Positions 39,361-49,475 are shown, counted from the stretch's first letter. The stretch is DNA of 64,000 bases from an uncultured bacterium (GCA_963717435.1 OY970332.1:32001-96000); one strand, 5' to 3'. The notes: generated by a model from the sequence alone, not told the origin. A program made the numbers and translations.

Positions 39361-39377
39361 GAATAAATCTTTTTTGT

Positions 39378-40268
39378 TTAAAATGTTACAGTTTTTCGCC
39401 ATTTTTTTATCTTTTTATCCAGTAAGTCGAAGTTATGCTTTGGATGAATTTGGACCAACTTATTTTTAATAATGGCCCACAAGTTTTCTGTTTCAGAATA
39501 ATTGTAACTCTTGAAAATATTGGCCAATGCCTTGACGAGATCTAAGTAATTCTCAGGCAAATTGTGATTCACAAAAAGTATAAACAATATATTTTTTATA
39601 TCTTGCGACACGATAGAATTTACAATCACGTAATCCTGATGGCATCCGCCATTAATAATATTTCTATGCGTTAGTTGCCACTTCATAAATTTAACTGCCA
39701 GATCAAGATCAGCTTTGATTTGCGTTTCTCTGTCTTGCACCCCAAAAATCGGCTCAGGTAAAGAATTTATGGTTATAGTTCTAAAACGATTATTGCTTAC
39801 TGCGCTCAACAACATTCTTACGCAACTATGTTCTATTGGAGTTTGGTGAAGCGCAAATAACTTGTCCATATCAGAACAGGCCGAATCGAAATCTTCTTTA
39901 TTCAAATTAAATAAAATAGAATCTAATATATTTTTAATTTTTCCAGCTTCCAGCTGGTGAAAAAATTTTAAATAATTCTTGTTACAGCCTACATATGCTG
40001 CCAAAATGGTAAAAGCTCGCGTGAGCTCAAGTTGCATCGGTGTATATTCATCTGTGCCCTCATCTGAAAGTAATCCTATTAGCTTATACCCCCTAGTATT
40101 ATCAAGATTATCTAGGTCAACGCGCGAACGAAAATCCGCATCAACATGCTTCTCGTCTTGAGCAGAATTTGTGATTTTTGCGGGCAATGCCATAGCAAAA
40201 ATAGAACTACTAAATATTGACAGAAAACAAGAAAATAATAATTGTGTAGAAAGAAATTTTGTATTCAT
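39378..40268 (-). CDS. Secreted hypothetical protein (paralog of 38383..39360)
   Basis: Shared NLDNTRGY, QIKADLDLA.KFMKWQLTH, HQDYVIVNSI.SQDIKNILFILFV. Confidence 0.8.
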   Translation of the reverse strand: MNTKFLSTQLLFSCFLSIFSSSIFAMALPAKITNSAQDEKHVDADFRSRVDLDNLDNTRGYKLIGLLSDEGTDEYTPMQLELTRAFTILAAYVGCNKNYLKFFHQLEAGKIKNILDSILFNLNKEDFDSACSDMDKLFALHQTPIEHSCVRMLLSAVSNNRFRTITINSLPEPIFGVQDRETQIKADLDLAVKFMKWQLTHRNIINGGCHQDYVIVNSIVSQDIKNILFILFVNHNLPENYLDLVKALANIFKSYNYSETENLWAIIKNKLVQIHPKHNFDLLDKKIKKWRKTVTF

Positions 40269-40294
40269 AGATTAGCCTTTGTGCCGCCCCCTGC

Positions 40295-40337
40295 AAGAAA
40301 GAGCCCGAGTCAAAGATTTTTATCTCACGACTCGGGC
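40295..40337 (-). terminator. Probable intrinsic terminator after 40366..42039
   Basis: GCCCGAGTC/GACTCGGGC stem with pyrimidine-rich tail on the minus strand. Confidence 0.65.
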
Positions 40338-40365
40338 GTTATTTTATTTAACTAAATCAATCTAA

Positions 40366-42039
40366 CTATGCAACTTCTTGCATGTCTGAAATAGTTGCTT
40401 CACAATCTGCCAACTGTTCCATTGTTAGCATATCGCGATACTCATCCATGATTGTTCTCAAAGCATTTACATCGCGACAAGATATAGCTGCAGCAATTTT
40501 TGTCTGTAGCATAACAAGATCTTGGCTCATTTCACACGGATTACCCGCTGAATCGCAGTTATTGTCTTCGAAAGAAACCAACAGACGAACTGCCGGAGCT
40601 TCTTGCTTCTTTGCACGATACTTTTGAGCCAACTTATAAATTGCATATACAGCGCCAAAACCAATAAGGGCTTTATATGTATTTGTATAATCTCTATTTA
40701 ATGCTGTACCAGTAAAGAATTTCCTAAATTTACCGGCAAGTTTAACTGCTTTAAAGGCCTTATCTTCGGATTTGATGGAAGAAGATGTTGCATGTTTTTT
40801 TGCTGCTCCAAATAACTTGCCTTTCAACAACATTGTTGCACTATTGTATAATCCGGCAATGCTCTGTCTACGACTAACACCATAAACAACCGCCGCCGTT
40901 CCAGCAACCCCTACAGCTACTTCTTTTTTGCTCAAGTTCCCATTTTTCAAATCAACTGCTTTATCTTTCAAATAAATAGCACTTGTGACCACCGCGTTTT
41001 TTGTACCAACAGCAACTTTGCGAAGACCGTTATAAGTACCACTCGCAAGTTTACTTAGTCCATCGCTTGCAGCATAAACGGCTGCAGCAGCCCCAAAACT
41101 TGCGCCAATTTTTAACCCGTTATTATTATTTTCAAGAGCCTTCTTTATTTTTGTTGCATGCCCTTCTTTTGTAGATTTATGGTCTACAGTTTTTTTGCCA
41201 TCTCCCTTATGATTAAACAGGTTAGAGATTCGTCCCTTTGAAGGCTCTAGCTTTTCATGAATTATATTTTCGAAGTCGACGTTTTCACAGTCTTTTTTAG
41301 CTCTCAACCTTTTAGCTAACTCCGAAATTGCAGCCTCTCTTTTGCTTAGATTTTCGTCTGTATATTCAGTATCAAATACTGCCACTGAAAGCTTAAGTAT
41401 TTCTGGATTTTGAATTTTGGTTAAATGACCTATGCCTGACTCGACTTTGTCACCGTTAAGGTAAGAAATTATCGCATCAAGATCATTTTCAGCTTGCTGT
41501 TCCGGCGAGATAAACATATCGTTTGTAGAACCTGATCCGGGTTTATCTTCGCTCTTTGTACCAGAACCCGATTCTTCCTCTTCTTCTGTGTCAGACTCCT
41601 CTTGTGTTCCCGGCTTTGGTTTGGAATCTGGCACTTGGTTTTCGCCTTCGAGCCTAGAACCTTGATCTGTTACATCTCTTCCCAGTTTTTTAAAATCTTC
41701 TTCAATCATAGACTTAATATCTTCTGGACGACCTTGCTCTTTAAAAATTGCAGCCAATTTTTCAATCGCATTTTGTATTTGGGATTTATCACTGTCTTTT
41801 CCATATATCACATCTAAAAGATTAGATAATTCACGAACAACTTTAATATCTTCGCTATTTTCTGCATCTGCCCGTATATACCTAACTACAACATCAAGTT
41901 GTTCTTGTGAATATTTTCCCTGCGCGGAATTAGTAGCAGCGATTCCTGCCCCTTCTTTGCCTTCCATGGCAAAAATAGAACTGTTAAATGTTGACGTCAG
42001 ACAGAGTAATAGTGATAAAGACAAAAACTTTTTATACAT
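40366..42039 (-). CDS. Large secreted/membrane protein with acidic low-complexity linker
   Basis: Leader ending FA-MEG; EESDTEEEEESGSG linker; three Gly/Ala-rich hydrophobic segments. Confidence 0.8.
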   Translation of the reverse strand: MYKKFLSLSLLLCLTSTFNSSIFAMEGKEGAGIAATNSAQGKYSQEQLDVVVRYIRADAENSEDIKVVRELSNLLDVIYGKDSDKSQIQNAIEKLAAIFKEQGRPEDIKSMIEEDFKKLGRDVTDQGSRLEGENQVPDSKPKPGTQEESDTEEEEESGSGTKSEDKPGSGSTNDMFISPEQQAENDLDAIISYLNGDKVESGIGHLTKIQNPEILKLSVAVFDTEYTDENLSKREAAISELAKRLRAKKDCENVDFENIIHEKLEPSKGRISNLFNHKGDGKKTVDHKSTKEGHATKIKKALENNNNGLKIGASFGAAAAVYAASDGLSKLASGTYNGLRKVAVGTKNAVVTSAIYLKDKAVDLKNGNLSKKEVAVGVAGTAAVVYGVSRRQSIAGLYNSATMLLKGKLFGAAKKHATSSSIKSEDKAFKAVKLAGKFRKFFTGTALNRDYTNTYKALIGFGAVYAIYKLAQKYRAKKQEAPAVRLLVSFEDNNCDSAGNPCEMSQDLVMLQTKIAAAISCRDVNALRTIMDEYRDMLTMEQLADCEATISDMQEVA

Positions 42040-42205
42040 AAAACACCTTATTTTGATTTTTGTACGGCTTTCTAAATAGCACTGTGCTATTTATATTTGC
42101 TTATTACTACTTTGAAAATTTTGGAGCCACGAACATAGCTAGAAAAAGATCTCTCCGTTTTATTACCTGAAAATTTATGTTCCTGTAAATTTGCAAGTCC
42201 AGTAA

Positions 42206-42233
42206 AGATTACTAAAGTGGTGTTTGTTGTCAA
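42206..42233 (-). promoter_or_regulatory. Putative sigma70 promoter for 40366..42039
   Basis: Minus strand TTGACA-16 nt-TAATCT. Confidence 0.45.
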
Positions 42234-42348
42234 TAGATAGATTTATTCGGGAAGGGATTAACTTAGAAGTGCTTGTAAAAAGAAAAAGATTATCAGCACT
42301 AAATATAAATTTAAAAAAAAATTAATTTTTAAATTTAATTTTAAAATT

Positions 42349-42582
42349 TTAATCTTGGGCGACAACTTCTTTAATTTCGGGAAAAATTTGTTGCAGGCGA
42401 TTTTCTATGCCCAACTTAAGAGTATAAAACGACATGGCACAGCCTACACATGCGCCGTGCATTTTTATCGTGACGACGCCATCTTTGAAATCGATAAACT
42501 CTACGTCGCCTCCGTCAGACTGAACAGCAGGGCGAATTTCTTGTTCGAATATGTCTTTGATGGCTTGAATTTTATCTTGCAT
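42349..42582 (-). CDS. NifU C-terminal (Nfu) domain Fe-S carrier
   Basis: IRPAVQSDGGDVE, GACVGC. Confidence 0.93.
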   Translation of the reverse strand: MQDKIQAIKDIFEQEIRPAVQSDGGDVEFIDFKDGVVTIKMHGACVGCAMSFYTLKLGIENRLQQIFPEIKEVVAQD

Positions 42583-42654
42583 GATTTTTTCTCAGTAAAA
42601 TTTAAAAAAATTTAAATTTATTAAAGTTCTTTTGAAACTAAATAAAGTTAATTG

Positions 42655-42721
42655 TTGGCCGGATCCCTCGATACATTTTTCTTAGCTTCGCTTTCGAAAA
42701 ACACTCGGGACGAGCGGCCAA
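42655..42721 (-). repeat. Intergenic palindromic element
   Basis: Plus strand ATCCCTCGATACATTTTTC...GAAAAACACTCGGGACGAGCGG (42663-42717) closed by TTGGCCG/CGGCCAA. Confidence 0.92.
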
Positions 42722-42758
42722 TTAAAGTTGTTTTAGAGTTTTGGAAGAGATCTATTAT

Positions 42759-42811
42759 AAAAAATATAGCTAATCGCCCGAAGATATAAATATGCGGGGA
42801 GATTAGCTATA
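42759..42811 (-). terminator. Terminator of the ribosomal superoperon
   Basis: TATAGCTAATC...GATTAGCTATA stem with T tail on the minus strand, downstream of rplQ. Confidence 0.7.
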
Positions 42812-42908
42812 AAAAATTTAATTTTAATTAACTTAAAATATTTAAAAATAAAATAATTAAATAATTTAATTAATTGTTATTAAGTTATTTTAAAATAAGT
42901 TATGCAAT

Positions 42909-43268
42909 TTATGCAACCCATTCAAGACGAGCTATAGTAGCCGTATCGCTAACTCTACGTCCCATAGGAATTATTCTTGTATATCCGCCAGGACGTTGGA
43001 CGTATTTTGGCGCGATATCAACAAACAATTTTTCAATAGACTCTTGTTTATATGGCATTAAAGATAAAACTTTACGACGATTATTAAAATCGTTGCCAGA
43101 ACGAGCTATTGTTACAAGTTTTTCAACAAAGCGACGAACTTCTTGGGCACGCGCTTTTGTTGTTACCAAATGACCGTTGTCAATAAAAGATATAGCTTGG
43201 TTACGGATCATAGCTTTTTTATGAGCAGAGCCCATATTAAGCTTTACCCTACCGTTTTGATGTTTCAT
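42909..43268 (-). CDS. rplQ: 50S ribosomal protein L17
   Basis: MKHQNGRVKL, TTKARA, RPGGYTRI; start at ATG 43268. Confidence 0.96.
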   Translation of the reverse strand: MKHQNGRVKLNMGSAHKKAMIRNQAISFIDNGHLVTTKARAQEVRRFVEKLVTIARSGNDFNNRRKVLSLMPYKQESIEKLFVDIAPKYVQRPGGYTRIIPMGRRVSDTATIARLEWVA

Positions 43269-44331
43269 TCTCAGATCCTCTGTTTTGTTGCTCAAGCAAT
43301 TTTTTCACATCTTCTTCTTTAATGTCCATCCCGAAAGATAAACCAAAAGACTTCATGCTCTCTTTAACTTCTGTTGAAGACTTACGACCAAAGTTTTTAA
43401 TTCTAAGTACGTCATCTTCTGACAAATTAACAAGATCGATAATTCTCTTGATCCCTGCGTTAATTAGACAGTTATGTGCACGAACAGAAAGTTCAAGCTC
43501 ATCTATTGGCTTTAAAAGAAGTTCAACTGGAACGCCTTTAAGACCAAATTGAGAAGGCTCAAGTGGCTTCTCTTCTTTTTCTTCGACAGGGTGAACAGAT
43601 ATCTCGTTAAATGGAATCTCTGTTGCTATCAAGAAATGCTCTAACTGCGTTCTCAAAACAGAAACTGCATAATGAAGAACATCGACAGGCGTCTCAGATG
43701 CATCTGTATGTATTTGTAGTATAAGCTTATCAAAATCTATATCTCTACCAACACGCGTCTTTTCAACTTCAAATGTAACTTGTCTTACAGGAGAAAATGT
43801 AGCGTCTATATAAATCTTGTCGTCTTCTTGCAAAGCTTGCCCGATTGGCCACTTAGCAGCCTGATAACCACGACCAGATTCTACAAAGAATTCTATGTCG
43901 AGTGAGCCGCCTTGTGAGACATTTGCAATTACATGATCAAGATTTACTAGCTCAAGATGCTCGTCTGCAACTATATTGGCTACAGTTGCAACAGATTTGC
44001 CTTGAACAGACAGCTTCATTTTGCCGGGCTTGCCCGTTTTGTTTTTTATAACTATCTGCTTAATATTAAGGACAACCTGCATAGCGTCTTCTTCTACGCC
44101 AGGAAGCACAGAAAATTCGTTATTGACACCTTTTATAATAACAGCAGTAACAGCAGAACCTTCAACTCCACCAAGCAAAATACGTCTTAGTGCGTTCCCT
44201 AAAGTTATACCGAACCCAGGCTCAAGCGGCTGCGCCACAAGCTCACCAAAAAAGTTTTTAAGAGTTTTGGTGGTCCAGCTAATTTTAGGAATAGTTAAAG
44301 ATTGATACTCCCTATTAACAGTTTTAGACAT
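43249..44331 (-). CDS. rpoA: RNA polymerase alpha subunit
   Basis: PLEPGFGITLGNALRRILL, LELSVRAHNCL, NFGRKS. Confidence 0.98.
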   Translation of the reverse strand: MSKTVNREYQSLTIPKISWTTKTLKNFFGELVAQPLEPGFGITLGNALRRILLGGVEGSAVTAVIIKGVNNEFSVLPGVEEDAMQVVLNIKQIVIKNKTGKPGKMKLSVQGKSVATVANIVADEHLELVNLDHVIANVSQGGSLDIEFFVESGRGYQAAKWPIGQALQEDDKIYIDATFSPVRQVTFEVEKTRVGRDIDFDKLILQIHTDASETPVDVLHYAVSVLRTQLEHFLIATEIPFNEISVHPVEEKEEKPLEPSQFGLKGVPVELLLKPIDELELSVRAHNCLINAGIKRIIDLVNLSEDDVLRIKNFGRKSSTEVKESMKSFGLSFGMDIKEEDVKKLLEQQNRGSENETSKR

Positions 44332-44348
44332 AATAATCCCCCTAATGT

Positions 44349-44933
44349 TTACTTGGAGTATAACTCAACTACCAAGTGCTCTTCGATTGGAACTTGAATA
44401 TCAGAACGGACAGGATTACGCAAAACTATACCTTTGCGATTTTTCTTGTCCAACTCTAGCCATTCAGGGACCTTAGCACCTGTATTCATACGTTTTTCAA
44501 TAACAGTTTGCAAAAATTCAGACTTAGCTTCTACGTTAGGAGCAAGTGTAATTTGGTCGTTAACAGAAACCAAAAACGACGGCGAGTAAACTCTTGAGCC
44601 ATTAACAAAGATATGTCCATGGACTATAATTTGACGCGCTTGGGTTCTTGTTGTCGCAAGCTTTAGGCGATAAACCACGTTATCAAGTCTTCTTTCAAGC
44701 AAGCTTAATAAAGCTTCACCCGTAGCTTCTCTTGAAGTTGTAGCTATATCAAAGAAACGAACGAATTGGCGCTCGCGCATACCGTACATCTCTTTAACTT
44801 TTTGTTTTTCTTCTAATTGACGCCCATACTCACTTACTTTTCTGGAACGCTTTTTTTGCGCCGGAGCAGCTTCTGAACCAGAACGTGAAGATGCAGGATT
44901 TGTTGATTTTTTTTCGACAGTTTTCTTTTCCAT
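44349..44933 (-). CDS. rpsD: 30S ribosomal protein S4
   Basis: [39 protein letters not shown]. Confidence 0.96.
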   Translation of the reverse strand: MEKKTVEKKSTNPASSRSGSEAAPAQKKRSRKVSEYGRQLEEKQKVKEMYGMRERQFVRFFDIATTSREATGEALLSLLERRLDNVVYRLKLATTRTQARQIIVHGHIFVNGSRVYSPSFLVSVNDQITLAPNVEAKSEFLQTVIEKRMNTGAKVPEWLELDKKNRKGIVLRNPVRSDIQVPIEEHLVVELYSK

Positions 44934-44962
44934 CGTTAAACTTTCTTAAAACTTTTTAGCTA

Positions 44963-45346
44963 TTAAACGCGACGCTTCTTAGGAGCACGGCAACCATTAT
45001 GAGGAAGCGGTGTCACATCGCGCAATATGGAAACATTGATACCAGAAGATTGAAATGCTCTAGCGATAGAGTCTCTTCCAGCACCTGGTCCTTGAAGATT
45101 AACTTCAATTTGACGAACACCCAAAACGGCCATTTCTTTAGCTAGAGCAGCACCGATTTGAGAGGCAGCGAAAGGAGTACCTTTTCTTGCACCCTTAAAG
45201 CCCAATTTTCCTGCACTTGAACGTAAGACGACATCGCCTTCTACTGTTGTGATAGAAACAAGTGTATTGTTAAATGTAGCTTTTACATGCGCGACGGCTG
45301 TATCTAGCTGCAGCTTGCCTTTTTTAGCTTTTTTCTTATATACCAT
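44963..45346 (-). CDS. rpsK: 30S ribosomal protein S11
   Basis: TFNNT, KGTPFAA, DVTPLPHNGCRAPKKRRV. Confidence 0.98.
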   Translation of the reverse strand: MVYKKKAKKGKLQLDTAVAHVKATFNNTLVSITTVEGDVVLRSSAGKLGFKGARKGTPFAASQIGAALAKEMAVLGVRQIEVNLQGPGAGRDSIARAFQSSGINVSILRDVTPLPHNGCRAPKKRRV

Positions 45347-45405
45347 ACCAATTAATTCCCAGTTACTTCCAGTTAATTTCTAGAACTATTTTTTATTATT
45401 TAGAA

Positions 45406-45795
45406 TTATTTCTTAGTTACTTTACGCTTTAATGCAACAGCGGACCCAGCTTTACGAGGACCTTTTCTTGTTCTTGCATTAGTCTTAGTTCTTTGACCTC
45501 TTACTGGAAGAGATTTTTTATGACGGGTACCTCTGTAAGAACCAATACGTACCAATCTATCTATATCTGCCCTGATGGTTTTACGAAGTTCACCTTCGGT
45601 AAGATAATTGCTAGATACTTCTTTTTGAATCGCCCCAACTTCATCGTTGGTCAAATCTTTGACACGCTTGTCAAAGCTAATTTTCAACTTGGTTAGAATA
45701 TCTTGAGATCTCTTCAAGCCTATTCCAAAAACATAGGTCAATCCGTATTCGATACGTTTATTGTTCGGTAAATTGACGCCTTCTATTCGTGCCAT
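45406..45795 (-). CDS. rpsM: 30S ribosomal protein S13
   Basis: [24 protein letters not shown]. Confidence 0.98.
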   Translation of the reverse strand: MARIEGVNLPNNKRIEYGLTYVFGIGLKRSQDILTKLKISFDKRVKDLTNDEVGAIQKEVSSNYLTEGELRKTIRADIDRLVRIGSYRGTRHKKSLPVRGQRTKTNARTRKGPRKAGSAVALKRKVTKK

Positions 45796-45837
45796 ATTAT
45801 CCTCTTAGACTGATTAATTTTTAACCCCAAATTACCT

Positions 45838-45954
45838 TTATCCTTGACGCTGTTTATGTCTTGGATTCTTTTTGCATAGTACGCGTACAACTCCAGCGCG
45901 ATTTACTATGCTACAGTCACGGCAAATTGGCTTAACTGATGTTCTTACTTTCAT
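45838..45954 (-). CDS. rpmJ: 50S ribosomal protein L36 (absent from ORF track)
   Basis: Manual translation [38 protein letters not shown]. Confidence 0.97.
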   Translation of the reverse strand: MKVRTSVKPICRDCSIVNRAGVVRVLCKKNPRHKQRQG

Positions 45955-46008
45955 AACCTGTACCCTATATATTAATTATTAATATTATTTATATTTTTAT
46001 AATAAATT

Positions 46009-46236
46009 TTAATTTTTGTATCTCAACACAATTCTACCGCGCGTTAAATCGTAGGGCGAAAGCTCCAACGCAACTTTATCGCCAGGCAAAATTCTAATAT
46101 AGTGCATACGCATCTTGCCTGATACATGACCAAGCACTATATGACCACCTTCAATTTCAACTCTAAACATAGCGTTTGGCAAAGTTTCTTTAACTATGCC
46201 ATCAACTCTTATAACGTCATCTTTAGATTGTTTCAT
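46009..46236 (-). CDS. infA: Translation initiation factor IF-1
   Basis: [33 protein letters not shown]. Confidence 0.98.
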   Translation of the reverse strand: MKQSKDDVIRVDGIVKETLPNAMFRVEIEGGHIVLGHVSGKMRMHYIRILPGDKVALELSPYDLTRGRIVLRYKN

Positions 46237-46246
46237 ACAACCCTTT

Positions 46247-47002
46247 TTAAAATCTTGTTAAAATTCGCGGACCATTTTCAGTAACTAAAATGGTATCCTC
46301 TACATGGGCAGCCAAACTTCTATCAGTCGTTCTTGCTGTCCAACCATCATTTTCTACTATAATTTTATAAGAACCCATTGTTATCATGGGTTCAAGAGCA
46401 AATGTCATTCCGGAGGTAAGCTTTACGCCTCTGCCAGGTTTGCCATAATTTAATATTTCAGGATCTTCGTGCATAGACTTGCCAATCCCGTGACCAGCAA
46501 AATCTCGTACTACACCAAAACCATTTTTCTCAACAACTTGCTGTATTGCAGCAGATATATCTGACAAAAAATCACCAGGTCGCATCATGCTTATTCCAGC
46601 ATCTAACGACTCGTAGGCAACATCTACCAGCTTTTTTGCAGAGTCTGACGGGGCGACCCCATCAACAAAAAAACATCTTGTCATATCAGCGCAGTAGCCG
46701 CTGTAAGAGGCGCACACGTCGATCTTAACAAGATCTGATTTTTTAAGTTTTTTCGCTTCTTGCGGAACTCCGTGAACAACTTCGTCATTTATTGATATAC
46801 AACTTGAATGTCGATATGTTCCGTAACCCTTAGTTGCAGAAACAAGCTTATTTTCCTGAAGTTTTTTTGAGATCCAAGTATCGATATCTAATGTACTAAT
46901 CCCAGGTTTTATAACATCGGGAATTTCTAAAAATATTTGCGACAAAAGTCTTCCGGCAGTTGCCATTTTTTCTATCGCCATTTTATTTTTTATAGTAATC
47001 AT
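46247..47002 (-). CDS. map: Methionine aminopeptidase type I
   Basis: [30 protein letters not shown]. Confidence 0.97.
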   Translation of the reverse strand: MITIKNKMAIEKMATAGRLLSQIFLEIPDVIKPGISTLDIDTWISKKLQENKLVSATKGYGTYRHSSCISINDEVVHGVPQEAKKLKKSDLVKIDVCASYSGYCADMTRCFFVDGVAPSDSAKKLVDVAYESLDAGISMMRPGDFLSDISAAIQQVVEKNGFGVVRDFAGHGIGKSMHEDPEILNYGKPGRGVKLTSGMTFALEPMITMGSYKIIVENDGWTARTTDRSLAAHVEDTILVTENGPRILTRF

Positions 47003-47697
47003 AAACTCTGCTTAGACCCAATCAACTCCATAAATTGTCCAAATACATTTTCAAGAGGCTGTTCAACGATTAAATCGCCTTTAAACATACCAACCGACTT
47101 GTAAAATTCTACTAGATCGTTGGCGTGCTTATGATAAACAACAAGCCTATTTTTTACCGCTTCTTCACTATCATCTGCTCTTCTAATCAATGGACTTGTG
47201 CAAGATTCACAAAGATCGCCCCTTGTTGATGTCAAATTAGAATTCTTGCTAGCAGAATAAACCATCTGACAGCTACTATTTTGACAAATCAATCTTGATG
47301 ACAATCTAGAAACCACAGTTTGATCTTCTACTTTTAACTTTATAACGTTAAGTTTTGCAGCAAGCTTCAAATCAGAATGTAATGCATCATGAAGGGCCTG
47401 TGCTTGAGCCAAAGTTCTTGGAAATCCGTCCAATATAACTGAGTCCAAATTTGTATTTTGGGAACTTAACCATTCAACAACCATCGAAGTTATAAGACTA
47501 TCAGGTATAAGTTTACCAGATTTTATAGCAAAATCTATATCTTTACCTATGGAAGTTTGTTCAGAAATATGTCTTCTGCAAAGGTTTCCTGTGGATAATT
47601 GGCTCCATCCAAGGCGCTTAACGCACAGTTGAGAGAGGGAGCCTTTTCCGGCTCCCGGTGGCCCAATAAATATATATACCTGTCTAGTAGTATTCAT
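46999..47697 (-). CDS. adk: Adenylate kinase (Zn-type LID)
   Basis: GPPGAGKG, LDGFPRT, C..C LID, RADD. Confidence 0.96.
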   Translation of the reverse strand: MNTTRQVYIFIGPPGAGKGSLSQLCVKRLGWSQLSTGNLCRRHISEQTSIGKDIDFAIKSGKLIPDSLITSMVVEWLSSQNTNLDSVILDGFPRTLAQAQALHDALHSDLKLAAKLNVIKLKVEDQTVVSRLSSRLICQNSSCQMVYSASKNSNLTSTRGDLCESCTSPLIRRADDSEEAVKNRLVVYHKHANDLVEFYKSVGMFKGDLIVEQPLENVFGQFMELIGSKQSL

Positions 47698-47701
47698 GCT
47701 A

Positions 47702-49027
47702 TTAAGAGGTCCTGCTTTTCAATTTGCTACCAGATGGCAAAAAGCCTTCGTATTTGTTTTCAATTAGATAGGCTTCTATTTGAGCAGATGTCTCAAGCGC
47801 GACTCCAACTACGATCAAAAGCGACGTTCCGCCTACCGGAAATGGTATGCCAAAAGCCAAATTTAATATATTTGGTAATATCGCAAGAAGACCAAGATAA
47901 ATAGCGCCGATTAAGCCTATTCTATTTAAAATATAATCGAAATAATCAGCTGTTTTTTTGCCAGGTCTGATACCTAAGATAAATCCTCCACTCTTTTTCA
48001 TGTTTTCAGCTAATTCCGTAGGATTAAACTGTATAGCGGTGTAAACGTACGAAAACATGATTATAAGTGCAAAATCTAAAGCGTTATATAAAAGACCTTT
48101 GTTAAGAGCTTCGGCTAGCCATTTAAATACACCAAACTTGTCTGACAACGCACCAATTATAAATAACGGGACGTTAAGAACAGAGCTTGCAAATATTACA
48201 GGCATAACACCGGCGGTATTAATCTTAAATGGTATATAAGTACTTTGGCCTCCATAAACACGTTGGCCAATTATTCTTCTTGCATATTGCACAGGAATTT
48301 TGCGGTCGCCTTTTTCAAGAAAGACTATGCAACCTGCGACAAAGATAAATATTGCCAAAATTAATAGAGCAGTAGTTAACCCGATTGACCCTGTTTGAAC
48401 AGAATATATAATACGAATTATACTATCAGGAAACTTCGCTATAATTCCGGCAAAAATTATCATTGAACTGCCTTGCCCGATACCAAAAAGAGATATCTGT
48501 TCAGACAGCCACATGACAAAAATACAACCAACTGTCATAGAAAGAGTAAATATAAACTTAAATCCAAGCCCTGAATAAAGTAGCAAGCCAGGTGTTGATA
48601 CGTTGGCAGCTTCTAAAGAAAAAGCATAAGCCAAACTATAACCAACACTTAAAATAGCAGCCAAATATCTGGTATATTGGTTTATAACTTTACGACCATA
48701 ATCACCTTCTTTTGCAAGTTGTTCCAAAGCAGGAACTGACATGCTCAAAAGCTGCATCATAATCGAAGCAGTTATATAGGGCCCGATGCCGAGTGCAAAT
48801 AAAGTGCAGTACTGTAAAGATCCACCAGAGAATATATCAAGATATCCCAATAACCCACCAAGCATAGTTTGTCTTTTCATGTATTCAGCAAGCAGGTGTG
48901 AATTAATACCTATTACTGGAATATATGACCCAATTCTAAACACTATGAGCACAAAAAATGTGAATAATATTTTCTTAACCAGCTCGGGTATTAAAAAAAT
49001 ATTTTTAAAATTCTTAAGTAGAACCAC
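47702..49027 (-). CDS. secY: Preprotein translocase SecY
   Basis: LGIGPYITASI, KINQYTRY, GVMPVIFAS, GIRPG, GGTSLLIVVGV. Confidence 0.98.
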   Translation of the reverse strand: MVLLKNFKNIFLIPELVKKILFTFFVLIVFRIGSYIPVIGINSHLLAEYMKRQTMLGGLLGYLDIFSGGSLQYCTLFALGIGPYITASIMMQLLSMSVPALEQLAKEGDYGRKVINQYTRYLAAILSVGYSLAYAFSLEAANVSTPGLLLYSGLGFKFIFTLSMTVGCIFVMWLSEQISLFGIGQGSSMIIFAGIIAKFPDSIIRIIYSVQTGSIGLTTALLILAIFIFVAGCIVFLEKGDRKIPVQYARRIIGQRVYGGQSTYIPFKINTAGVMPVIFASSVLNVPLFIIGALSDKFGVFKWLAEALNKGLLYNALDFALIIMFSYVYTAIQFNPTELAENMKKSGGFILGIRPGKKTADYFDYILNRIGLIGAIYLGLLAILPNILNLAFGIPFPVGGTSLLIVVGVALETSAQIEAYLIENKYEGFLPSGSKLKSRTS

Positions 49028-49031
49028 AGCC

Positions 49032-49475
49032 CTACATCTCCTTTGTCAAAAGCGCTTTCCCACCAACTTTTTCAATTGCTTCTTTTGCAGATTTGCTAAA
49101 AGCATCTGCTTTAACGTTAAGCTTTTTATCGATAGACCCATTACCTAAAACTTTAAGTAAAGCTCCAAATTTTCCAGCGATAAGACCAGCTTCGATCAAA
49201 AGATCTCTATTAACTTCTTGATCCGCTTTGAAAACTTCTGAAAGCTTAGATATGCTTATGATCTCATAAGCAGTTTCAAAATTCTTGTTATTAAAACCTC
49301 TCTTTGGAAGTCTTCTTGTCAAAGGGCTTTGTCCGCCTTCAAACACAACACCTAGTGTTGGTCCAGAGCGAGCTTTTTGTCCTTTTGATCCACGACCAGA
49401 TGTACCGCCACGGGCACCGCCGCGACCTATACGTTTTCTCTTTTTTCCCAAAGAGCTTAAATTACTTAGTTGCAT
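49032..49475 (-). CDS. rplO: 50S ribosomal protein L15
   Basis: GRGSKGQKARSG, FEGGQSPL.RRLPKRGF. Confidence 0.97.
   Translation of the reverse strand: MQLSNLSSLGKKRKRIGRGGARGGTSGRGSKGQKARSGPTLGVVFEGGQSPLTRRLPKRGFNNKNFETAYEIISISKLSEVFKADQEVNRDLLIEAGLIAGKFGALLKVLGNGSIDKKLNVKADAFSKSAKEAIEKVGGKALLTKEM

Noticed and set aside
42815-42900. Extremely AT-rich tract as a replication origin
   Set aside because: No DnaA-box cluster seen; ordinary low-complexity spacer downstream of rplQ
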